A stretch of DNA of 64,000 nucleotides, from contig OZ037771.1 of assembly GCA_964035545.1 (NCBI GenBank), positions 11,288,480 to 11,352,479 on the forward strand, read 5' to 3'. The position numbers and the translations under genes are program-made. Positions 15,401 to 27,400 of the stretch are shown here, piece by piece. The notes under the pieces are model-generated. The model saw nothing but the letters and a program-made list of their open reading frames with translations. It was not told where the DNA came from and made no database searches. The DNA is from Bugula neritina. Lineage: Eukaryota; Animalia; Bryozoa. Within the stretch, counting starts at the first letter, position 1; the number at the start of each line of letters is the position of its first letter.

Positions 15401-18400
15401 CTGCATAAAAACGGAAATGCTGGTGCAGCTGAGCTCAGCAAACTGAAATATCTGGTGGACAGATTCATATCAGAGGTCATACAAAAAAGAGTGTGACATT
15501 TCTAAAGCCTCGTGCAAATACCATCAAGATTTGCCGATCTTCACAGAAATAAGCACAGCAAATACAGAATGTGCTGAGCAAACATTCTCCTGGCTAAAAA
15601 AGCATAAGCATACCATTAAATACATGGCAGCAGCAAGATTTCAGTTTTTCCTATACTCAATAATAGAGGACCGTAATACAGAAATCCACCAACAGCAAAA
15701 AGGAGAATTTTTTTTGAAATAACACTTATTTTTATTTCAACGATTTGAAATTTTTTTTTATATTACTTTGTAATGGATTTGTCCTCTCATATATTCATGT
15801 CTTTTAGTTACCTATTATAGTTATTTTTTTGCAATTATAAAGTTTTTATTAAATAGTATTTGTGTTAGCTTTGATTATTTTTACAATTAATATTAGTTTT
15901 TTTTGTTAGTCTAACTGCGCAAAGGTTAACTTCCTGCTGCGCACGGCGGGAATATAGAGAGGGTCGGACATTTTTGTAGTGATAGTTAGTAATTAGTTAG
16001 CTTAGCGTGGTCACGTTTTAATTACCTAATAAAGAATCATAAACGTATCCAAGTAAGTTCTGTTTGATATTATAATAACAGGCAGCAGTAAAGTGATTAC
16101 AATAACTAACAATACCATCGAACTGCAGCAATATTCAGTATACTAGAAGGTTGTCTAATTATAATTGTTCATCGCTTTTATAATTAGTCTAAGGTTGACA
16201 ATAGTTTACACTGTTAATCCCAGTGTAGTTATTGGTTGCAAGTAATTAATTATTCATTAATTCTTGCTGTTGCCTGGTTTATAACTGCTTATCCCAGTCA
16301 TAGCCAGTTTTATATTGTAGGCTGCAATAAGTAAAGGCAGGTTGTGGCAGCAAGAGAATAATCTTTTCATGTTGTCTCCAGTTGATACTGTATTTGACAG
16401 GTTATCCCTGTTAAAACAGTAGTCGTACACTTATCACAATAACCCCCACAAGTAGTTGTGTAGAGGCAACGTTAGTTCACTCGCCCTACAGGAAAAATCC
16501 TCTACACTGGTGGCAGCGGTGGGATCAGTTATTAAAGATAAGTGGTTAGTTGATTCTTGTTTTTCAAATTGAATATTTACATTTTTACTTTGCATTTCTC
16601 CCATAATGCCTCCTCGTAGACGTCAACAAACTCCATCTCCAGTCCGTGAAGATCCATTAAACAGATTAGTTGACTTACTACAAGTAAGTAGAGATAGGAG
16701 AGATAATTTCAGGTTGAAGAAATTTGATGGCTCCGGAGATGTGGAGTTGTATCTCCAGCACTTTCAGGAGATCAAAGAAGCCAATGGATGGACAGATACA
16801 GGAGCTCTGTTACACCTTAAGTGTGCTCTGGAAGGGGCAGCGACTGATTGTGGCAGAGGGAGCACACTTGAGTTAGTGTGCCAGGCCCTGCAAAGCCGGT
16901 TCGGCATGAGCACTAGGTGTGCTCGTAAAAAGTTACACCAACTGAAATACGAACCGAATAGTTCTCTCCTTGTCCTTGGCTCAGAAGTAGAGCGGCTCGT
17001 CTCAATTGGGTACCCAGACACTGATTCAAAGTCTAGAAATACAATTGCTTTAGATGCTTTTATGAGGGCTCTGAATCATAATGTTTTAAGAAGGCATCTG
17101 ATGTTTCTGCCAATTGAATGTGTGTCAGATGCTGCCAAAGTAGCACAAGACTACTTTGATATTGGAAACACTGGTAGGAGTCGTCCTTCTACTTCGGCAG
17201 TTGAAATAGAATCAGCACCAGCAGCTCAACCTTCCACCAACATGGAAAACCTGATGGTGCAAATGATTAAGCAAATGGAAGCCAACACTAAGGCAGTGAC
17301 TGAATTATTAGTGGGTTCTCGCAACAATAATTCAGGTTATCATGTGCGGGGCCCACACTCATCTGCCACCTCTACAGGAAGTAGGATAGAATGTTTCAAC
17401 TGTGGTGGACCACACATGAAACGTCATTGTCCTAAACTTACGGGACATTCTAAACCGAAGCCGGGAAACGACAGCAGTCCGCGGCAGTAGGACCTGCTGA
17501 CCGTGGACTTAACACCAGGTCTTCCACTTCAAATGAAGTGGGTGATATTTTAACTAGTTCAGTCAACCAGGTCACTGAATTATCTTCAGTTGACCCTGGT
17601 AATGACTGTCTGGCTACAGTTGACAATGATTGTCTCTTGTCATCAAGTAGTGTAGATGTCAAGGCTTCTACCACGGAGTTATCCCAAGTGGGTGAATCAC
17701 CACCACTAAGTCCAAGTTATTTCCTTCCAGGGAAAGTACACGGCAAGGCAGTTCAATTTTTAATAGATTCTGGGAGCACAGCTAATATAATTGCACAGCA
17801 TGTGTGGGAAAGGATGTCTAAGGGAGTTCGAGATCAATTGTTACCGTACAGCTCTCAGGGAGTGCTAGCAGATGGTAGTCAAATGGAGATCTTAGGAACC
17901 ATGGAGTGTTCAGGTAGACTCAGAGACATAGCTTTCACAGCACAATTTTTGGTGTGTCCTATCAGGGAAGATGGGATATTGGGAATGCCGTTCTTGGAAA
18001 AGCATTCCTGTGTAATGAATTCTGGTTCTCAAAGTTTAAAAATTGGAAACAAGGATCTTAAGTGTACAGATCGACATGGTGCTTTCCTTCAAAGCAAGGT
18101 ACAAGTGGTATACCCTGAGGTTATACCTCCTCATTCGGAGAAGGTAGTCACAGGAAGGCTGTGTGTTAGTACAGCCAGTTCGGTAGGGTTAATAGAGAGT
18201 GTTCAGCTTGAACATTCTAAGATTGATGGTTTGATGATAGGAGCTAGTCTAGGTACTGCAGATGAAAGGAGGCATGTGTCTATTCGATGCATGAATGTCA
18301 CTGCAGTGCCAGTTCTAATTAAAGCCGGTACCTGTGTAGCTATGTTCCAGCCAGTAGCAGCTGAAGAAGTTGTTGTTATCAAGCAACTAGAACCAACTAG

Positions 18401-21400
18401 TTTACACACTGGTAATGCTGACGATAATCTCTCAGCACCTTCTGGGTTGCCTGATCATCTCAAGCAACTACACTCAGAAGCTATCTTGCTGTGTAAAACT
18501 AGTTCTGAAATAAGACAAGTCACCCAACTGTTGACAGAATACCAAGATGTTTTCAGTAAATCTGATACAGATGTTGGCAGAACACATTTAATTGAGCATT
18601 CTATTCCTGTCAAACCTGGAACTACCCCCATACGTCAAGCACCTCGTAGGTTAGGTCCAGAAAAAGAGGCAGAAGTTGAGAGACAAGTGAAAGAGTTATC
18701 TGAACAAGGGTTAATAACTCCTTCTTCTAGTGCCTGGAGCTCCCCCGTTGTTCTAGTCAAGCGCAAAGATGGCAGATGGCGGTTTTGTATTGACTATAGA
18801 CAATTGAACTCTGTTACTCAACAGGATGCCCATCCTCTACCCCGTATTGATGACAGTCTAGATGCGCTAGCAGGAAGCAAGGTGTTCAGTACCCTAGATT
18901 TAATATCGGGATATTGGAAACTTCCTTTTGATGCAGATGCTCAAGATAAATCATCTTTTGCAACTAGGAATGGGTTGTGGAAATGGCGTGTGTTGCCATT
19001 TGGTCTTACTTCTGCCCCAGCTTGCTTTAGTCGTCTAATGGAAACTGTAATGAGAGGTTTACATTGGAAAACACTTTTGTTGTACTTAGATGACATCATA
19101 GTTTTCATTGATGATATAGCCTCCCAAGTTGAGAGGTTAGGTGTAGTCTTTGAACGCTTACGAGCTGCTGGCCTCAAGTTGAAGCCAAGCAAATGTGAGC
19201 TGTTTAAAGAGAGAGTGAAATATTTAGGACACATAGTTAGTTCTGAGGGTGTGTCTACTAACCCAGAAAAGATTAAGGATGTTTGTGAGTGGCCTATTCC
19301 AAAATGTGTTCGAGAGCTGAGAGCTTTCCTGGGAACAGCGGGCTATTACCGCCAATATGTTCCGAATTTCTCATCTCTAGCGAGCCCATTGAATCGCCTC
19401 ACATCCCCATCCACTTCTTTTTGCTGGACGCCAGATTGCCAACAAGCATTTGATAGCTTGAAAAAGTCTCTTGTAGCCTCACACGTGCTTGGCTACCTCG
19501 ATCCGAAACTTCCATTTATTCTCGACACAGATGCCAGCACAGACGGTGTTAGTGGAGTCTTGTCCCAAATTCAAAATGGGGAAGAACGAGTGATATCTTA
19601 CTATAGTAAGACATTCACCCCTCCGGAACGCAATTACTGTGTAACTAGAAGAGAGCTTCTAGCTGTGATTAAGTGTGTGAAGCACTTTCGGCCTTATTTA
19701 TACGGCCGAGAATTTCTAATTCGCACTGATCATGCATCTTTGCTGTGGTTGCACCATAGGAAAGAGCCTTCATGTCAAGTAGCAAGGTGGTTGGAGTTCC
19801 TAGGAGAATTTCAATACAAAATTCAACATCGGAAGGGAACCCACCATGGAAATGCTGATGGTCTCAGCAGAATGACTTGCTATGATTGCAAGCAATGCCG
19901 GAAGATTGAAGTTCGAGATGGAGGGCCCACTAGAGCAGAAATTTTCGAGGAACTTGTTGCTGGCAGTGATGTATCAGATGGCTCATCCCCACCTGACATT
20001 GCTGTTGTAAGAGCTTTGGGATCATCTTCCAACTCTAGCGGTAACAAGCAAGAATCTTCTGCTGATCCAAAACATTTCTCAGATACACCTCTGGTCTACC
20101 ACCCACAAATTCCTAAAGAAATAGATCTGCCTAAGAACTCCACAACAGATGAATTATCTTCGTCTGTAGTGCCGGTGGAAGAATTATCTTCTTCTGCCTC
20201 ACTGGTGGAGGCTGGATCGAGTGGAACGAACTGCGACAAAGTAGCAACATTGCAACAACAATCGGGCGATGTGGCTACTATCTACGAAGCTGTCAAGAGA
20301 AACGTAGACTTGTCCAGTTCAACTCTAGAATGCGGTAGTGCAGAATTGCGTAAGCTGCACAATTTAAAACAGGCTATGAACATTGTCGAAGGGAAGCTGA
20401 TGATCCAGTTGAAAATAAACAGCCGTCTTCGTTGGTGTGCTGTGTGTCCAAAACCCATAAGAAGAACTATTATATGGGAGACACATCGCCTAACACACAG
20501 CGGAGTTATGCGGACTGCGGCCCGGATAAAGCTACAATGGTTCTGGCCTGGCATGATGTCAGAAGTTAGGAAGACTATCAAAACTTGCGAAGTTTGTCAG
20601 ATAGCCAAACTGAGTCAAATACCCAAAACCGCAAACAAGCAGCGACTTTACAGTGGTCGCCCTTGGCAAAAGGTGGCTATAGACCTTGTGGGACCACTTC
20701 CAGAGACTGATCGTGGTAACCAATGGATCCTAGTACTAACGGACCATTTCACTCGTTGGCAAGATGCATTACCACTTCCCAATGCTACTGCACCTTTCGT
20801 TGCTGAAGCCTTAGACAGCCGGGTATTTTGCTATATCGGATTGCCTGAACAAATTCACTCTGATCAGGGTGCTCAATTTCAGTCGGATTTGATGCTGGAG
20901 CTCTGCAAACTTTGGAAGGTTGCCAAGAGCCGGACAACCCCCTACCATCCTCAGGGTAACAGCGTGGTGGAGAGGATGAACCGTACTTTAGGGGACTCCC
21001 TCAGATCTCTCTTGCTGGGTAGATGTCAAGAAGACTGGGATCTTCTGCTACCTCAGATAATGAGAGGGTTTCGAGCTTCTCCACACTCCGCTACCGGCGA
21101 GTTTGCCAACTTTTCAATGTTCGGGCGTGAGCTAAGATTACCAGACCAAATTTTGTATGGTGTCACCGCACAGTCGCCTACAACGGTTCAGCAATATGCT
21201 CTAGATCTTCTTGATCGGATGCAAGTTGCCCATGACATGCTAAGAGAGCGGCAACTTCAAGTACGTTCCGAGGACGCGGAGGAGCCTCCGTTATATGAAG
21301 TTGGTGACCAAGTGGCGATGGTCAATAAAAGGAAACGGAAAGGGCAAAACCCTAAGTTGGCCCCCAAGTTTGTGGGACCCTACACCATTGTCGAGGTATG

Positions 21401-24400
21401 GCCTAACCACACCTATAAAATTACAAGGAATGGTCAGGAGTCCTTGCAGAATGAGTCGCGTCTAAAACGGTTCTTGGAATGCCCAGAACAGGTTGGCCAG
21501 GCTCCATTCATCCCAGAAGGAAAGAGACTCCCAAACATGAAGGGATCGAGACGTCAAATGCGTGAAACGCTTGAGGCTCAGCCTGATTTGCCATTTGACC
21601 CCCCTCCTCCCGACCATCCGGACCCAGTAGTTCAGCCGAGCATAGGAGTTGGACAGGAATTGTTCAATGCTGAACAGCAGGATATCTCAGAGCCTGATCG
21701 CCCCAGAAGAAGTTTGAAACATTACTTAGTAGACTACAGAAGTTAGCTGTGGATTATCTCCATGGTTCAACACTGTTCATCACAGTGATGAGTTATGATT
21801 GCCTGTATTGCTAGTACGTTTCGGGATTATCTCCCCAAAGTCTGATCTAGTTCATCACTAGATTGTTTTTACGTTGTAGGATGTCGTCAAATGTGTTGGA
21901 GATTCACGAAAGCAGCGAGGATGAGATGATGGTGACGGCTCCTTCCTCCCCACTAAGGCAGTCGCGCTGCCTCCCTCAACGTGAATGCCAGGACCAGGGC
22001 ACCTCCGCTGCTGGACCCAAAATTGTGGAATCATCACCACAATTGGGCATAGAATCGTCTTCTATGCCTGGGGAACAAATGCGGGTGGTGCCAAAAGCAA
22101 CTCAAAGAGTCCTAAGGAACGTTAGTGCTTCCTCCCAAGAGCGGATCAAGCAAGCCAGAGGGGAGCATGGCAACCGCACCTGTGGCGTATGTGGCTTCCA
22201 GAGTTCGGGTCGGCGTTCCCATGGCATCCATGTGGCTGGACACTTCACCAGACACATGTGTGACTGTGGGCACGCCGAAGGATCATACCAGGCACTTCTC
22301 CCACATTGGAGGGCCCATGGTAACCCCCAGCTGCAAATTACCGAGATATGCTTGGAGAACCTGGAAGGAGGGGGAGCTACCTCGATTGCAGACATGGCAA
22401 CGGAGCTAGTCTCCTTGAAAAAGATCCAGCGCTGCTTGGAACGTAAGATAAAGGCAAAAGAGGAGCGGTTGAGAAATGCGGTGCACGGGACAGATTGACT
22501 TATTAATATTTCTATTATTCTTTATTGTTTTTTAAATGACCCTAGGTTTTATTTTGTCATTTAAAGGAAGGGGCTGTGTAATGGATTTGTCCTCTCATAT
22601 ATTCATGTCTTTTAGTTACCTATTATAGTTATTTTTTTGCAATTATAAAGTTTTTATTAAATAGCATTTGTGTTAGCTTTGATTATTTTTACAATTAATA
22701 TTAGTTTTTTTTGTTAGTCTAACTGCGCAAAGGTTAACTTCCTGCTGCGCACGGCGGGAATATAGAGAGGGTCGGACATTTTTGTAGTGATAGTTAGTAA
22801 TTAGTTAGCTTAGCATGGTCACGTTTTAATTACCTAATAAAGAATCATAAACGTATCCAAGTAAGTTCTGTTTGATATTATAATAACAGGCAGCAGTAAA
22901 GTGATTACAATAACTAACAATACCATCGAACTGCAGCAATATTCAGTATACTAGAAGGTTGTCTAATTATAATTGTTCATCGCTTTTATAATTAGTCTAA
23001 GGTTGACAATAGTTTACACTGTTAATCCCAGTGTAGTTATTGGTTGCAAGTAATTAATTATTCATTAATTCTTGCTGTTGCCTGGTTTATAACTGCTTAT
23101 CCCAGTCATAGCCAGTTTTATATTGTAGGCTGCAATAAGTAAAGGCAGGTTGTGGCAGCAAGAGAATAATCTTTTCATGTTGTCTCCAGTTGATACTGTA
23201 TTTGACAGGTTATCCCTGTTAAAACAGTAGTCGTACACTTATCACAATAACCCCCACAAGTAGTTGTGTAGAGGCAACGTTAGTTCACTCGCCCTACAGG
23301 AAAAATCCTCTACAACTTTAACTTTACTTATTATCTGAATTATTTGTAAAAATAACATGAAATAAAAATAATGCAAACAATTCTGACAGCTCAACATGTA
23401 AAATATTTTTAAAATAATGTCTTGACACTTCCAAAAAATGTTTCAACATGTTTGATAATAGCTCTGTCAAACAATTGCTAAGATTACTAATTTCAGACCC
23501 AATGTTGACTGTAACTAGATTGAAACATTGCGTTAGAACTCAATGGTTTCAGAGTAGTCCACTAGCATAACGAAATTCAATAAATGCATTGCAGCAAAAT
23601 CATGTCTAACACTTTCAACAAATCCTCAAAATGTTGATATATAAAACCATTGAAATTCCAACAATCTAACGAACCAACAAGATAATTAGATAGGGCTCTG
23701 TCCAACACTTTCAACAACTCCTGAAAATGCTGATACATAACATAATGTGGAGAAATTAAAAATGTTGTATAGTAAATGCTTATATGTGGTTTTCAACATC
23801 TCCATTTATTCCAACACAATTTTTTAAACTGAAAAACATTGCTTTGCACAAAGTGGGCTTCAACAAAAAAGTAATAAAAGTGTTCTTTTAAGAGTCGGAG
23901 GACGTTTTAAACACGTGTTTATTCATATCAATTATACTGTATATCACATTTTACCTAATATCCACTTACTTTGTTACTTTAGAGTTGAACATGTTTATAA
24001 CTACCAGCTTTATCTTGCTATGTTATTAACTATTATCAGCAGATAAAAAGCAATCTTTTGTACATTTTGAATTATTCACTTGTGCGATGTGATCCCAAAG
24101 GCTTCCTCATTATGGCAAAATATACATAGCAATTGTCATCAAAGGCATGTACGAATATCGCAGCACCAGTGTTAGGACAGACTCCGGGTTGACAAACAAA
24201 ATTCAAATTGAAGTTGGATTGCATCAAGGATCCGAACTAAGCCCGCTGCTACTCATTGTAATTATGGATGTTACAGCAGAAAACATAAACAAGGACAGAC
24301 CATGGGCAAAGCTATTTGCGGATGATCCGGTCCTTTGCGATAATGACAGGGAGAGATTAGAAAGAAAGTTAGAGATCTGGAGAGAGAGGATAGAGTCAGC

Positions 24401-27400
24401 CAGATTGAAAAAAAACCGAAAGAAAACAGAGAACTTGCCAGCAGTTGGAGACCAAGGAAACATCAGGATGAAGAAGTATGGTAATCAAGAAGTGGAAAGC
24501 CTGCCTAAGTGTTCCCAGTTAGAGGTCACCACCATACATAGGAATTGCCATTGCTTTTGCATTAGAAAGTAGGCATGCTCAAAAATGAGCATTTGTCAAT
24601 ATGGTTGAACTATTTGGATGTCTAAAACCAGTTTGGCAAATCCAGGGGAGTTATATTGCAATAGTTAAACTTCATTCAGCAAGTATATTACCACTGAGAC
24701 CAGTAAGATGTTCTTTGGCAAATTATAAGAGCTCAGACTTGGCCATAAACTTGAGTTGTCTATTAGCAGCAAAATCTTCTTTAAACATGTAAAAGTAGAA
24801 AATGGTGGCTATTGGCCTCTGGTAAGGAAAGCCGATCAGCGAATGGTACAGCCAAGTTAGGTTATTGCCTATAAAAGTTGGACTGTAACAGATTGTTCAA
24901 AGGTAATATTAGTGACGAATCGCACTTTGACTTGAAGGAATACAGTGGTTAAACCCGCATAAGACATGTAGTGGAAGCCAATTAAATGCATCTGGAGTCA
25001 GTGGTTTGTCATTGATCAGCTGGCCTTTGTGGATGTGGTTTTTTGGGTCATCAAGCATAACCAACAGTCGGTTAATGTTTAATGGCTGGATCTATCTACA
25101 ATGCAATGGGGCCAGCAAACAATTTTTATGAGAAGTAGAAGACGACCTAGTACCTTCTACCAAATTGCATAGAAGAAAGAGAAACACAATATTGGAATTA
25201 TCACTTGGCCACTGGCCAACAAAACTAATTCAAAAGAATGCATCGATGCTACAAAAAAAACAAGGGATATGTGCTCCACTTGCAAACAATATCAAACTGC
25301 TCTGAGGAGTATCATGAGTGAAAAAATCACAGCTGAATGACTAAGTTAGCTAAATTTACCTAAAAAGAATTACTTTATGTTTATTGAACCAAAAATTGTT
25401 ATTATAAATGATTTGATGTTCTAAAAATTGTTTTCAAAGTATCATAATGTTCCGATACCAATAGAGTACCCAAATTTCTGTAAATGAGTAATTCAAAACA
25501 TTATATTTACTAATTTTTTACAGAATGATAATTTCATCAACGTATGTGGATAATAGAAATACCTCAATAAGTGCATGACATTCACATATGTTGGCATTCA
25601 TTCTTTTTAATAAGTGAAAAGTAAATATAAAAAAATTAAATACATGTTTATATATATATATGATTTCAAGGCCTCTCTTTCAGAAAATGAAACTGGGACG
25701 TTGTTGACAAAATATATTGTGATGAAAAATGATGAAAAAATTCATACGTTCATGGACTACTTTAATTTTGTGGATGGGGTGATTTAGTACATGAAAAGAA
25801 ATTTTATTCCCGAGTTAGAGAGACAGTCTGTGCTTACTGACATTCACAGGGGCACCGCAGACAATTAAAGTGTGTCAAAAGAGGCACGGAGAGTGTATGG
25901 TGGCCAGGAATCCACCGAATTCAGAAAGCTAGTAAAATTATGTCCCAGTTGTTTGGAGCACCGCAAGCATCCTAGAGAGCTCTTACTAAGCAGAGAGCTA
26001 CCACAGAGACTACTTCCCCTCAAAGGAGGGAATTGAAGACAGTGCTCTCAGGCAACTCATATATTGTCTGATAAAACTGCTCAGCACATCTAAACTGCAG
26101 CCTTATGAGTGAAGAGGTTTTAAGGTAAATCTTCTCAAGTAGCATCATTAGAAATTGCCTTTACTTCTCGGATTGAAAACAAGGAACTTAGCATACTACA
26201 GGACAAAACACACAGCCTCTCAGCTCCATCTGAAAATTAGAATCAAGTAGAGGAAAAACAAAAGCAGCTAGTTCAAAAGTTTCAACAAAGTGTAAAAACT
26301 CAAAAGGGCTTTCTTTTCATTTGCTGACGGAATTATTACAAATAAAAATACTAAGCCTACAAATGACAAAGTCCAAACTGGTAAAATATGGTACATACTG
26401 CAGTTTGGTGTTTTACACCACAAGAAGCAAAAACCTCAACCCCCACCTCCAATTAAATTTCACATCTTCCATATGAAACATCCTACGAACGCTCCATATG
26501 GAAGATGACGTGTGCACCATTTGCCTATGAATTCTGGCAAGCCTGGAGAGACAAAAAACAAAATGACATCGTGATTTTGAAGGACAACTTCAACCCCACA
26601 ATAACTGGAAGGGGGTCTTGAGAAAAGCGAAGCAGGGTGATGATAGATTTGTCCTAAGTGTGGTTCCAAGACTGGCCAAAAGGAACTTGGACAGAGGAAG
26701 TACGGCACTAACTCCTGCAACGGAGTTAACATGACCAATACAAGGGATAGTAGTAATTGCTGAATCAGAAAGTCTTGCTTTATGTAGTGTATGTGGGCTA
26801 TTAGTATGCCGATGTTGGTAGCAGCGCAGCAAGTTAAAATGCTGCTTGCAAAGTGAATGTGAAAGATGTATCCTCATGTTCTAGTGCACGACTTCTAGAG
26901 AAACCAATAGCTACCAAGGATGATTTAATGTCCCTGCGAATACCAGTCAGTAGGAAATGCTATGTGACACTCGTCAGTGGGTATGCCCCAACTATGTGTC
27001 ACCCAGAAGAAGACACTGACCGTTTCTATCAGCGATTGCAGGAAAATTATCAACACCTGAGGCACAGATAAACTGATAATACTAGGTGATTTCAATGCCC
27101 ATGTTCGGTCTGGCAATGGGTCCTGGCCTGAAGCTCTTGATATCTAAGGATTGGGCAAGTCTAATCCGAATGGAGAAAAGTTGTTGATATTCTATACTGA
27201 AAATGGTCTCATTATCACCAATACTTGGTTCAAAATTCAGGACATATGGAAAACAACCTGGATGCATCTGAGATCTACGCACTGGCATCAGATTGATTTC
27301 ATCATCACGAGACAAAAAGACAGAAATGACTTTCTCTCGACTAGGTCTATGAGCGGTGCAAACTGCAGCACTGACCACCAACTTCTAAGATCAGCAGCAC

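Larger units (their letters stand above)
15769..23314 (+). mobile_element. Full-length Ty3/Gypsy LTR retrotransposon (7546 bp) with three ORFs
   Basis: Two 738-bp TG...CA LTRs, 4-bp TSD ACTT (15765-15768 and 23315-23318), PBS, PPT, gag, and pol in PR-RT-RH-IN order. Confidence 0.97.

Noticed and set aside
16764-22409. Short antisense or alternate-frame ORFs within gag/pol/ORF3
   Set aside because: Shadows of the main coding frames, with no motifs
21863-22498. env gene for the Gypsy third ORF
   Set aside because: No signal peptide or transmembrane segment, and too short
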